NCBI GenBank assembly: GCA_963755715.1
Contig: CAVWLW010000043.1
Location: forward strand, 113,604 to 177,603
Origin: an uncultured delta proteobacterium
GTDB taxonomy: Bacteria; Desulfobacterota; Binatia; UBA9968
Direction of reading: 5' to 3'
DNA length: 64,000 nucleotides
Program-made: the position numbers and the translations under genes
The notes under the pieces: model-generated
Databases searched by the model: none
Told to the model about the DNA's origin: nothing
Seen by the model: the letters and a program-made list of their open reading frames with translations, nothing else
Shown here: positions 41,385 to 50,534 of the stretch, piece by piece
Position numbering within the stretch: the stretch's first letter is position 1
Layout: every line of letters begins with the position of its first letter

Positions 41385-41906
41385 TTGAAACCGGATGAAG
41401 CGGCGCGACTGATCGTCGGCGGATTGAAAGGCGCGGGTATCAATCTCGTTGCGACGCTGCCGGATATCAATCTCGCCAGCTTGTTGAACGAGGTAGAAAA
41501 CGACCGGGATATTCTCCACGTGCCGCTGTGTCGCGAGGAAGAAGGGATCGGCATTTGCGCCGGCGCCTATTTGGTCGGCAAGAAGTGCGCCGCGATTATG
41601 CAGAACGGCGGATTTTTCAACAGCAACAACGCGATCGTCAGCACGCTGCTGCAATATCAAATCCCGCTATTGCTTTTGATCTATTACGCCGGTGATGTCG
41701 GCGATCGCACCTTCAGCACCACCGGCAGTCTTACCGAGCCGGTGTTGCAGGCTTTAGGGATCCGTTCCTACGTGATGCGCGATCCGCAAGATGCTCAGGA
41801 GCTGATCCAGCGCGCGCAGATCTTGACTGAGGATGCGAAGCGGCCCGTGGCGCTTTTGCTCACCAAGGAAGTTCTCGGCCGGCGCGCGCCGCTCAAATCG
41901 CTTTGA
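41385..41906 (+). CDS. Sulfopyruvate/phosphonopyruvate decarboxylase alpha subunit-like (ComD)
   Basis: TLPD, CREEEGIGICAGA and MQNGG TPP N-terminal motifs. Confidence 0.85.
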   Translation: MKPDEAARLIVGGLKGAGINLVATLPDINLASLLNEVENDRDILHVPLCREEEGIGICAGAYLVGKKCAAIMQNGGFFNSNNAIVSTLLQYQIPLLLLIYYAGDVGDRTFSTTGSLTEPVLQALGIRSYVMRDPQDAQELIQRAQILTEDAKRPVALLLTKEVLGRRAPLKSL

Positions 41907-41956
41907 AAAGAGGCTGTAAAGCTAATCTGCCGGCGGTTGGCGCCGATTAAAAATCG

Positions 41957-42562
41957 ATGAAGAGATTTGATTGTTTGCAAGCAGTGGCCGTATCCGCCGG
42001 CGAAGCTTTGGTTGTCAGCTCCGCGGGCGCCGTGACTTTGGAATGGAACGCGCTCAGGCCGTCCGATGGCAACTTTCGCGTCCGCACTCTCGGGCTTTGC
42101 TCCTCGATCGCGCTCGGCATGGCGCTTGGATTGCCGCATCGTAAAGTCATCGCCTTGGACGGTGACGGCTCCTTGTTGATGAATCTTTGTTCGCTGCCGA
42201 CGATCGCCCGCATGAATCCAAAAAATCTAATTCATCTCGTGTTCGACAACGAAGTTTACGAAGCGTCCGGCAGCAAAAAAACCGCTACCGGTGCGGGCGC
42301 CGATCTGGTTGGGATGGCGCGCGCTGCCGGCATCAAGAATGCGCATTGGGCGAGTTCACCGCAAGAGTTCGAAGAGCTCATGCGCGCTGCGATGGCCGCC
42401 GATGGACTATGTTTCATCGGCGCGAAAACGAGCACTGAACGGGTCGAGGTGCCGCCCTATCCGATCGATGAAGTCGAGAACAAGTACCGGTTTTTACGTC
42501 ACGTCGAAAAAACCGAGGGAATCGAGATTTTAAGATCCAATCTGCCGGCCAGTTACAATTGA
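41957..42562 (+). CDS. Sulfopyruvate decarboxylase beta subunit-like (ComE), TPP-binding
   Basis: SIALGMAL, DGDGSLLMNL and FDNEVY motifs. Confidence 0.85.
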   Translation: MKRFDCLQAVAVSAGEALVVSSAGAVTLEWNALRPSDGNFRVRTLGLCSSIALGMALGLPHRKVIALDGDGSLLMNLCSLPTIARMNPKNLIHLVFDNEVYEASGSKKTATGAGADLVGMARAAGIKNAHWASSPQEFEELMRAAMAADGLCFIGAKTSTERVEVPPYPIDEVENKYRFLRHVEKTEGIEILRSNLPASYN

Positions 42563-42592
42563 AATCAAACGCCGCAGGTCGCAGCGCCGATC

Positions 42593-43609
42593 ATGAAAAT
42601 CGACATTGAATTCAATTCGGGGGCGCAGTTGCCCATGGACGCGATTCCCGATCTCGCGCGCGCGGCCGAAGCGCACGGCTTCGACTGCGCCTGGGGCGGG
42701 GAAGCGAATAACAAGGATCCGACGGTGATGTTGTCGGCCATTGCGGCCGTGACGACACGGCTCAAAGTCGGCTCGGCGATTTATCATATTCTCGGGCGCA
42801 CGCCGGCGACCTTGGCGCTCCAGGCGATGGGGCTGGACGAACTCTCGGGAGGCCGATTTCTGCTCGGCATCGGCTCGTCCAATCCGACGATCGCCAAATG
42901 GCATGGCCAGAGCTTCGATCGGCCGCTGTCGCGGATTCAAGAATATATTGAAATCACTCGAGCGGCGATGCGCGGCGAAAAGCTCAACTTCGAAGGAAAG
43001 TTTTTTACGGCGCAGAATTTCAAAATGGCTTTCAAGCCATCGGGGCGATCGATCCCGATTTACGTCGCGGCCTTTGGCCCGAAGATGACCCGTTTAGCGG
43101 GGCGTATTTCCGACGGCGTCTTAATCAACATGGCCAACCCGACGGAGATCAGCCGAATCGCTGCGGAGGTCAAAGCGGGCGCGCAAGAGGCCGGCAAGGA
43201 TCCGGCGAAGATGGAAATCATCTGTAAGATCCGCTGCTCGATTGCGCCGAACTACGGTGTCGCGCGAGAGGCTTTGAGCCACGCGCTTACCTATTACGCC
43301 TTGGCCGATTACTATCGTGATCTGCTCGGCCGGATGGGATTTGCCGAGGAGGTCGAGGCGATGCGCGTGGCATGGAAAACGGGCGGATTCCACGCGGCGC
43401 GCGCGCTGATCAGCGACCGAATGTTTAACTCGTTGCCGTTGGTTGCCGCGACATCTGCGCCGGAAGTGGTCGAACAGATCCGGCCTTATATCGAAGCGGG
43501 CGCAACGAGAATTATTTTGCCTTATGTCGCGGCATCGGATGATATCGTCGGCGAAATGAAAAGTTTTATCGATTACTGGAGTCCGGCGACGACTGGATTG
43601 ATGCAATGA
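42593..43609 (+). CDS. LLM-class flavin-dependent oxidoreductase
   Basis: AEAHGFDCAWGGE, LDELSGGRFLLGIG and IYVAAFGPKM..LAGRISDG motifs. Confidence 0.9.
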   Translation: MKIDIEFNSGAQLPMDAIPDLARAAEAHGFDCAWGGEANNKDPTVMLSAIAAVTTRLKVGSAIYHILGRTPATLALQAMGLDELSGGRFLLGIGSSNPTIAKWHGQSFDRPLSRIQEYIEITRAAMRGEKLNFEGKFFTAQNFKMAFKPSGRSIPIYVAAFGPKMTRLAGRISDGVLINMANPTEISRIAAEVKAGAQEAGKDPAKMEIICKIRCSIAPNYGVAREALSHALTYYALADYYRDLLGRMGFAEEVEAMRVAWKTGGFHAARALISDRMFNSLPLVAATSAPEVVEQIRPYIEAGATRIILPYVAASDDIVGEMKSFIDYWSPATTGLMQ

Positions 43610-43621
43610 AAGTGAGGAAAG

Positions 43622-44023
43622 ATGTCGTTTGAACTCATCGACCCAAAAGGGCTGGAGCGGCCGGTCGGTTATGCGCATATCGCGAAAATTACCGGCGGAA
43701 CGGTCGTTCATGTTGCTGGGCAGGCGCCCTTCGATGAGCGGGGACAGGTGGTCGGTAAAGGCGATTTTGTAGCTCAGTTCAGTCAGGTCATGAGCAACTT
43801 AAAAACCGCCATTCAAGCGTTGGGGGGGCGGCCGAACCAGTACGCGGTCTTAACCATCTATATCACCAATCTAGAAGCCTACTGGGATAACAAAAAGCCG
43901 TTGGGAGCTGCTTATCGCCAAGTATTTGGCAAATATTTCCCGGCGATCACGCTAGTCGAAGTGAAAAGGTTGTATAACCCAGATTGTATGATCGAGATTT
44001 CCGGTGTCGCCGTCATCGATTGA
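43622..44023 (+). CDS. RidA/YjgF family protein
   Basis: GYAH, VAGQ, FPAITLVEV and MIEIS motifs. Confidence 0.9.
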   Translation: MSFELIDPKGLERPVGYAHIAKITGGTVVHVAGQAPFDERGQVVGKGDFVAQFSQVMSNLKTAIQALGGRPNQYAVLTIYITNLEAYWDNKKPLGAAYRQVFGKYFPAITLVEVKRLYNPDCMIEISGVAVID

Positions 44024-44163
44024 GACCACGACCGTCGATCCGAAGGAAATACCCTGCTCACTGCGCCATCTTTTGCGTCGAACTAGACAATCTTTGCACA
44101 AATTACCGTCACCTTGCGATGTTCTGTATTGCGGATTCATTGTAATTCCAGCAAGTTAAACTG

Positions 44164-44180
44164 CTGGCATCTGATTTGCT
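44164..44180 (+). promoter_or_regulatory. Putative sigma54 promoter
   Basis: CTGGCATCTGATTTGCT closely matches TGGCAC-N5-TTGCW and lies about 45 bp upstream of a small ORF. Confidence 0.65.
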
Positions 44181-44225
44181 CTAAATTCGCACCATCAAAC
44201 CAAAGGGTGGTTAAAGAAATCAAAC

Positions 44226-44435
44226 ATGATGCCTACGAACCCGATGTCAGCTTTGGATAACGAAAGAGATCAGGATCTCTTCGAAAGTGTCACCGAAGAA
44301 GAAATTATCTATCTATGGCGCTCGATTAAAGGACGCGGGCTTTCTGAAGATGAAGCCTGGCAAGCGGTTGTTACCGGCATTGCCCTTGATATGGCGTTTG
44401 CCAAAACCAGAACCTGCAAGCAGATCGAACATTAA
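44226..44435 (+). CDS. Small hypothetical protein
   Basis: 69-aa ORF directly behind the sigma54-type promoter; plausible helical composition. Confidence 0.55.
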   Translation: MMPTNPMSALDNERDQDLFESVTEEEIIYLWRSIKGRGLSEDEAWQAVVTGIALDMAFAKTRTCKQIEH

Positions 44436-44538
44436 ACTTATCTTCTAGTCGCTAATCCCGTCGATTTTACCACCTCTCCATGCTCAACATAGCGCAGCGA
44501 AAAGTGCGCCTTGAGCCTGGCAGCTCCCGCATTCTACA

Positions 44539-44567
44539 TTGACTCCCCGTGAAAAATTTGGTTCAAT
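44539..44567 (+). promoter_or_regulatory. Putative sigma70 promoter of rpoZ
   Basis: TTGACT-N17-TTCAAT with an extended TG. Confidence 0.5.
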
Positions 44568-44588
44568 CCATTACTAATTGGGGGAGTT

Positions 44589-44783
44589 ATGTCGCGCATC
44601 ACTGTGGAAGATTGTCTCCAAAAAATTAACAACCGGTTTGAGTTGGTCATGCTTGCGTCGAAACGGGCACGACAGCTCTTCAGGGGCGCAAAGCCTTTGA
44701 TCGAATCCGAGAATCGTGAGGTCGTGGTGGCATTGCGAGAAATCGCGGAAGGTAAAGTTAAAAAGGGTTCAGATCAGATTTGA
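44589..44783 (+). CDS. rpoZ: RNA polymerase omega subunit
   Basis: [36 protein letters not shown]. Confidence 0.97.
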   Translation: MSRITVEDCLQKINNRFELVMLASKRARQLFRGAKPLIESENREVVVALREIAEGKVKKGSDQI

Positions 44784-44923
44784 TCAACCGCGGATTTTCT
44801 CGACAACTTTACGCCTCTTGCCAGTTTTACCCAGTATTTCAATAACCAAAGGTCGATCATTTTGAACCGGCCGACTGTCCTCGCGCCACCAAGTCTTTGG
44901 CGGTGAGGGTACCCAAACCACTC

Positions 44924-45886
44924 ATGGCCGAAGAAGACAAAACCGCCGAACTTACCTTTCCATTTCCAGACGTCAACTTGCCGGAAACTGCGCAGGGTGA
45001 AGAAGGAGAGGCCGATGCAAAAACCAAGGCCCTCGTTCCCTTCGACCCACTACAACGATATCTGACGGAAATTCGTCGTTTCAAGCTGCTCAGCCGCGAG
45101 GAAGAACACCGCCTGGCGGTGCAATACAAAGAATACGGTGACCTCGAAGCTGCCTACAAACTAGTAACCGCCAATCTTCGCCTGGTTGTCATGATTGCCC
45201 GGGAGTATCAGAAGGCGTTTAAGACTCTTCTCGATTTGATCCAAGAAGGCAATATGGGTCTTATGGAGGCGGTCAAGAATTTCGATCCGTACCGAGGCGT
45301 TCGCTTTCCCTCCTACGCCGTTTGGTGGATACGCGCCTACATGATCCGCTATATCATGAACGACTGGCGCATGGTGAAAATCGGCACGACGCAAGCGCAG
45401 CGAAAATTATTTTTCAATCTGCAAAAAGAAAAAGAAAAGATCGAGGCCGAGGGGCTCATGCCCGGGCCCAAGTTGTTGGCGCAGCGGCTCCAAGTCAAAG
45501 AAGACGAAGTCGTCGAGATGGAGCAACGGCTCGCCAGCCGTGACCTCTCGGTCGACGTGCCGATCGGCGGTGATGACGACGAAGCGACGATGCTCAGCTT
45601 CTTGCCCGATAACAAACAGACGCCGGAGCAACAGTTCGCCGACGCGCAGTATCATGAATTGCTGCACGACAAAATGGAGCAATTTGCCAAAACGCTCAAG
45701 GACAAGGAACTGGTGATTTACCGCGAGCGGCTTTTGAACGAAGAGCCGGCGACCCTGCGCGAGATTGGTGAAAAATACGGCATCAGCCGCGAGCGCGTTC
45801 GGCAAATCGAGGAGCGGGTCAAGAAAAAGCTCAAGACTTATCTCAAAGGATTCAAGGATATGAACGAAAGCTCGGGTGTGGAATAG
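44924..45886 (+). CDS. rpoH: RNA polymerase sigma-32 factor
   Basis: RpoH box WRMVKIGTTQAQRKLFFNL; DLIQEGNMGL and SRERVRQIE motifs. Confidence 0.92.
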   Translation: MAEEDKTAELTFPFPDVNLPETAQGEEGEADAKTKALVPFDPLQRYLTEIRRFKLLSREEEHRLAVQYKEYGDLEAAYKLVTANLRLVVMIAREYQKAFKTLLDLIQEGNMGLMEAVKNFDPYRGVRFPSYAVWWIRAYMIRYIMNDWRMVKIGTTQAQRKLFFNLQKEKEKIEAEGLMPGPKLLAQRLQVKEDEVVEMEQRLASRDLSVDVPIGGDDDEATMLSFLPDNKQTPEQQFADAQYHELLHDKMEQFAKTLKDKELVIYRERLLNEEPATLREIGEKYGISRERVRQIEERVKKKLKTYLKGFKDMNESSGVE

Positions 45887-46049
45887 GTCGTTTCGTTAAC
45901 CCCGCGTTCCATCCTTTCTTCCCCATCGATTGCTTCATCGACGTTATTCACTTCGCGCAGCCCTAATATGGAGCGCGCCGATACGATTGCTTGCGAGTTT
46001 TGCGCTCTTCTGATAGCAAAAAAGGAATCCCTTTTTCGGAGGAAGCTCT

Positions 46050-46502
46050 TTGCAATTTCAAAAAGAAGTCGAAATCCTCGCGCCGCGAGAAAAAGTTTGG
46101 CAATTTATCTGGGACGTCGACCGCTTTATCGCCTGTGTGCCGGGTTGCAAGGATGCGAAGACGATCGAGGCGGGAAAACGGTACGCGGCGACGATGGTAG
46201 AAAAGGTCGGTCCGTTCAAAGTCGAATTTCCAACGACCATCGAAGTTCTCGAGCGCGAGGAGCTGACCCGGATCAAGGCGCAGGCGTCGGGCGCCGACAA
46301 CAAGATCGGCAGCCGCATGAAGCTCGATTTGGACGTGCATCTGCGCGAAGAGGGAGACAAAACGATTCTTGGTTTTGTCGCCGGGGTCGACATCTTGGGC
46401 AAGCTCGCGGCCTTGGGCCACGGCATCATCAAGCGTAAGGCGGACCAGGTTCTCGACGAGTTCGCCCAAGCCGTGAAGACAAAATTAGAAGGAGACGGGT
46501 AA
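46050..46502 (+). CDS. CoxG/SRPBCC family protein
   Basis: APREKVW, CVPGC, KVGPFK and GKLAALG motifs; TTG start. Confidence 0.85.
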   Translation: MQFQKEVEILAPREKVWQFIWDVDRFIACVPGCKDAKTIEAGKRYAATMVEKVGPFKVEFPTTIEVLEREELTRIKAQASGADNKIGSRMKLDLDVHLREEGDKTILGFVAGVDILGKLAALGHGIIKRKADQVLDEFAQAVKTKLEGDG

Positions 46503-46503
46503 A

Positions 46504-47352
46504 ATGCTCAGAAGATTCCGCTTGGAAGAACCGGAAAGCGTCGCGGAAGCTGCCGAACTGCTGGGGCGGTTTGGCGAGAGCGCGAAAGTCTATGCCGGCG
46601 GCACGGAGCTTCTCTTGGCGATGAAAGAGGGGTTGGTCCAGTACGAGCGCTTGATCAACGTAAAAAAATTGACCGGGCTGAGCGACGTGACGAGCGCCGA
46701 TGGCGCCCTGGTGATCGGCGCCCTGTGCACGCATCATCAGCTCGAGAATTCACCGGTCTTGAAAGACAAGCTGCCGGCGCTGACCAAGCTCGAACAAAAT
46801 GTCGCCAATGTGCGCGTGCGCCAGGTGGGCACGATCGGCGGCAATATTTGCTTTGCCGAGCCCCATGCCGATCCGGGGACGCTGCTCATCGCGCTCGGCG
46901 CAAAAATGATCGCCGAGCAATCGTCTTCAAAGCGCGAGATCACTGCGGAGGATTTTTTTGTCGACGCCTACGAAACGGCGCTGCAGGCGGATGAAGTGCT
47001 GACAAAAATTCAGGTTCCCATTCCTGCGCCCAACGCGCGCAGCGCCTATCTGAAATTCGGCTATTTGGAACGACCGAGCGTCGGCGTGGCGGTCGCGTTC
47101 AACCTAAACGGTGGGGTGAGCGGCGTCAGAATCGCCGTCGGCTGCGCCGGCCCGGCACCGCGCCGGGTGGCGGAGGCGGAAGCGCTACTCGAAGGCAAAA
47201 GTAAGGACGAAGCGCTGCGCCATGTCGCCGAGGCGGGCGCGGCTGCGGGACGCGCGGCTCAAGCGATCAGCGATCTGCACGGCTCTCAAGAATATAAAGA
47301 ACATATCGTGGGCGTGCTCTTGAAGCGGGCTTTTCAGAGCGCGCTCTCTTGA
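46504..47352 (+). CDS. Molybdenum hydroxylase FAD-binding subunit (CoxM/XdhB-like)
   Basis: AGGTEL, VRQVGTIGGN and SDLHGSQEYK motifs. Confidence 0.92.
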   Translation: MLRRFRLEEPESVAEAAELLGRFGESAKVYAGGTELLLAMKEGLVQYERLINVKKLTGLSDVTSADGALVIGALCTHHQLENSPVLKDKLPALTKLEQNVANVRVRQVGTIGGNICFAEPHADPGTLLIALGAKMIAEQSSSKREITAEDFFVDAYETALQADEVLTKIQVPIPAPNARSAYLKFGYLERPSVGVAVAFNLNGGVSGVRIAVGCAGPAPRRVAEAEALLEGKSKDEALRHVAEAGAAAGRAAQAISDLHGSQEYKEHIVGVLLKRAFQSALS

Positions 47353-47383
47353 GAGCGGGCGCAAGATTCGGCGAGGAGTATTC

Positions 47384-47893
47384 ATGGCTAAAGCGATGAC
47401 TAAACATTCCGATGCGCAGTGGATCCCGGTGTCGTTCACTTTGAACGGCCGGTTACAGGAGATCGAAGTGGAACCGCACGAGTTGCTCCTCGACCTGGTG
47501 CGCGAGCAATTGGGGCTCACCGGAGCGAAGCGGTCGTGTGATGTGGAGGTTTGCGGCGCTTGTACTCTGCTGGTCGACGGCCGCCCCGTGAGCGCGTGCA
47601 CCACGCTCGCTTTCGAAGTGCGCGGGCGCTCTGTCTTAACGATCGAGGGCTTGGCGCAAGACGGCAAGCTGCATCCGTTGCAGGAGGCTTTCATCGAGCA
47701 TGGCGGTTTTCAGTGCGGCTTTTGCACGCCCGGAATGATCTTGGCGGCGAAGGCGTTGTTGGACGAAAATCCCAATCCAAGCGAAGCCGAGCTCAAACAC
47801 TTCATGCACGGCAATATCTGCCGCTGCACCGGCTACAAGAAAATTATCGAGTCGATCATGGCCGCGGCGAAAAAGATGCGGGCAAAGGCTTAG
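47384..47893 (+). CDS. Molybdenum hydroxylase [2Fe-2S] subunit (CoxS-like)
   Basis: C....CGAC, QCGFCTPG and GNICRCTGY motifs. Confidence 0.94.
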   Translation: MAKAMTKHSDAQWIPVSFTLNGRLQEIEVEPHELLLDLVREQLGLTGAKRSCDVEVCGACTLLVDGRPVSACTTLAFEVRGRSVLTIEGLAQDGKLHPLQEAFIEHGGFQCGFCTPGMILAAKALLDENPNPSEAELKHFMHGNICRCTGYKKIIESIMAAAKKMRAKA

Positions 47894-47894
47894 G

Positions 47895-47966
47895 CGTTCA
47901 AATTGTTCAAGCCGGTTTTCTAAGGACGGGTTGCGCACTTGTTTAACGGTTTAACGTCTTGAAGCC
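47895..47966. repeat. Degenerate inverted GTTCAA-type repeat array
   Basis: gttcaaattgttcaagcc followed by tttaacggtttaacgtcttgaag, between convergent genes; same family as 25066-25168. Confidence 0.55.
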
Positions 47967-47972
47967 GTAACT

Positions 47973-49400
47973 TCAGTCTTCTATTCCGTATTCCTTCCAC
48001 CGACTCGCGACCAAATCCAAGTGTTCCTTCGGCGGCAGCGATATCGCCGGATATTTGTGCTTTCTCGTGGCGTCGATGGCGACGCGCGAGCCGACGTAGC
48101 GGCTCGGGTGATGCTGCAACACGTCGGCGGGAGCTTGCGAGGGATCGAGGCCGACGGCTTGGACGTCGCGTTCGATGTAGACGTCTTTATCCGGCCGGAC
48201 GTGCCAGCTAAGCGCCCAGTCCACGGCAAAGTCATCCCAGACATCGATATCGTCGTCGACAACTACGGTAATTTTTCCGAAGCCGGTGCGCTGCGACCAT
48301 GCGCCATACATGAGTTGGCGCACCTGGCCAACGAATTCTTTTTTCAACGAGATGACAAGGTACGCGCCGCTGCCGCCAGCTTCCTTCAAGCGCAGGTCCT
48401 TGATCGGAATGCGCAACACATCTTTTAGATGCTTGAACAGCGGCCACTCACGGCCGATGCCGCGAATACAACTCGACTCCGACGGCGGCATCTGGCTGAT
48501 GAATGCTTGATAGAGCGGCTTGTTGCGATAGGTCATGCATTTGATGTTGAAGAACGGTTCGTTGCCCGCCGGGCCCATGTAGCCGGTGTATTCGCCGAAA
48601 GGACCTTCATGCTCGGAAGCATTGGGCGGAATCTCGCCTTCGAGGACGATTTCGGCGGTGGCGGGCACTTCCAACGGCACGGTTTCACAGGCCACCAAAT
48701 CGACCGGCGCACCGCGCAACGCGCCGGCGACGGCAAATTCATCGAGCGCGTCGGACATTTTCGAAACCGAAACATAGCCGATGGTTGGATCAGCGCCGAT
48801 GACGACCGCCACCGGAGTAGGCTTGTTTTGCGCATTGTTCTTATACATGTGCCACGCCATGTCTTGGCGCTTGCCGATTAAAAGGCCGGTCTTATTCGGC
48901 CCTTTAATTTCCATGCGATAGGTGCCGACGTTGCGCACGCCGGTCTCGGGATCTTTAGTGATGAGATACGGCGAAGTGAAAAATGGCGCGGGATCTTCAC
49001 CGACGGTCCAAGTCGGTACAGGCAGTTTTGTGATGTCGACGTCTTTGCCGTGAAGAATGTTTTCTTTACAAGGCGCGTCTTTGGCCGACACCATGCGTGG
49101 TTCGATGGGATGACCGAGGGCGTGATCCCACTTACGATTGATGCCCTCGACGGTTTCGGTTTGCAGTCCGAGGGCATAAATTTCCCGTGACGCGCCGAGG
49201 ACACCGGCGACGACGGGGATGTTGAAGCCTTTGACGTTTTCAAATACTAGCGCCGGACGATTCTGCGGCGGAATCTTCTTGAAAAGTTGCCGGCATACTG
49301 CCGCAATTTCCCAGTCTTTGTCTACTTCCTTGGTGACGCGTTTGAGTTTGCCGTGTTTCTCCAGCGTCGTGACATATTCCCTCAGATCGCGATAGGCCAT
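47973..49400 (-). CDS. UbiD-family prFMN-dependent (de)carboxylase
   Basis: YRDLREY, RNVGTYR, EIVLEG, EGPFGEYTGY, VVDDDIDV and IDATRK motifs. Confidence 0.94.
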   Translation of the reverse strand: MAYRDLREYVTTLEKHGKLKRVTKEVDKDWEIAAVCRQLFKKIPPQNRPALVFENVKGFNIPVVAGVLGASREIYALGLQTETVEGINRKWDHALGHPIEPRMVSAKDAPCKENILHGKDVDITKLPVPTWTVGEDPAPFFTSPYLITKDPETGVRNVGTYRMEIKGPNKTGLLIGKRQDMAWHMYKNNAQNKPTPVAVVIGADPTIGYVSVSKMSDALDEFAVAGALRGAPVDLVACETVPLEVPATAEIVLEGEIPPNASEHEGPFGEYTGYMGPAGNEPFFNIKCMTYRNKPLYQAFISQMPPSESSCIRGIGREWPLFKHLKDVLRIPIKDLRLKEAGGSGAYLVISLKKEFVGQVRQLMYGAWSQRTGFGKITVVVDDDIDVWDDFAVDWALSWHVRPDKDVYIERDVQAVGLDPSQAPADVLQHHPSRYVGSRVAIDATRKHKYPAISLPPKEHLDLVASRWKEYGIED

Positions 49401-49434
49401 GAATCCCCCGATAAGATTCTACGAATTGGAAATT

Positions 49435-49474
49435 TGTTTCGTATACTAAACAGAAATTGTTTATATATCAACAA
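49435..49474. promoter_or_regulatory. Two tandem operator-like palindromes upstream of ubiD
   Basis: TGTTTCGTATACTAAACA (49435-49452) and TTGTTTATATATCAACAA (49457-49474). Confidence 0.55.
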
Positions 49475-49566
49475 TCGCAATGTGAACGGAGATGACGAGC
49501 CGCGCAAGCGGAGATTTGCTCGGCTGCCACGAGAGAACTGTCCGACAAGGATACGAAAGTGACGGT

Positions 49567-49603
49567 GCAGGGCGGCGGCGAATTTAAGATCGCCGCCCCC
49601 TGC
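49567..49603 (-). terminator. Hairpin after the ABC permease
   Basis: GCAGGGCGGCGGCGA-N8-TCGCCGCCCCCTGC. Confidence 0.6.
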
Positions 49604-49606
49604 CGT

Positions 49607-50530
49607 TTAGGCTCTGATCTCGGCGCGCATGAAGATGATGTAGGAAATCGAAAAGCAAACGGCGACCAACGCGAAGATCGTCGTGATGTGCGGCCAAATA
49701 AGATTCAGACTCTGCGCCAGCGCTAATGGCGTCGGCAGAATTCCTTCCGCTTGGCTTTGTAACACCAGACCCAAGCCGCGCGCGGCGGGATTCAGCAGAA
49801 TGCTCACGGTTTCCAAGTACAATGTGCTTGGAGAGATACGGCCTAGGAGGTTCTGAATATCGGCCTGGCGCGCTAGCGCTTCAGGGGTCGATGCATCCGG
49901 TATGATCACGCCGGCTATGGCTTGAGTGATGATGGGAATGAATAGAAACATGAACAACCAAACGGCCATCGACGCCAAAGCGGCCGTCACGGTTTTTTGA
50001 AATAATAAGGAGAAGAGCATCGCCAGCGCCACCCAAAAGCCAATGTAAAGAACGCCGATCGCAGTAAATATAAGCATACGCCAGAGCTCTTCCGCGTTCG
50101 GTGGAAAGCCCAAGAGAGAAATGCCGAGGCCAATGACAAGCAGCAAAATGGAGCCCCATAAAACCGCTACGGTGGTGAGGCCTGCCAAAAATTTACCGTT
50201 GATCAAGCTGTCGCGGTAGATCGGTTGCGAGAGCACCCGGCTGAGCGTGCCGCGGGCGTACTCGCCGCTGATGCTGTCAAACCCCAGCGTAATGCCGACC
50301 AAGGGTCCGAAAAACCCAAGAAACGTCGCCAGTGAGAACAGCGTCTCGCCGCTCGATGTGAGCAGAAGCAGGAAAACGTATTGTACGGGCACGGTGTCGG
50401 TGTTTTGCCGGATCGCTTGTCCTGTGGCATAGGTCGCCCAGAAGCCCGACAAGATAATAATGATCAGCAGGATCATGAAACGGCGGCTGCTGAAATGGTC
50501 GGCCAATTCTTTCCAGAACACCACGCTCAT
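49607..50530 (-). CDS. ABC-2 type permease
   Basis: WKELAD and GFDSISGEYARGTLSRVLSQPIYR..GKFLA motifs. Confidence 0.9.
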   Translation of the reverse strand: MSVVFWKELADHFSSRRFMILLIIIILSGFWATYATGQAIRQNTDTVPVQYVFLLLLTSSGETLFSLATFLGFFGPLVGITLGFDSISGEYARGTLSRVLSQPIYRDSLINGKFLAGLTTVAVLWGSILLLVIGLGISLLGFPPNAEELWRMLIFTAIGVLYIGFWVALAMLFSLLFQKTVTAALASMAVWLFMFLFIPIITQAIAGVIIPDASTPEALARQADIQNLLGRISPSTLYLETVSILLNPAARGLGLVLQSQAEGILPTPLALAQSLNLIWPHITTIFALVAVCFSISYIIFMRAEIRA

Positions 50531-50534
50531 GTTT

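Noticed and set aside
41385-42562. Coenzyme M or phosphonate biosynthesis cluster
   Set aside because: No comABC or pepM nearby.
46050-47893. Aerobic CO dehydrogenase
   Set aside because: No CoxL with a diagnostic active-site motif, so the substrate cannot be assigned.
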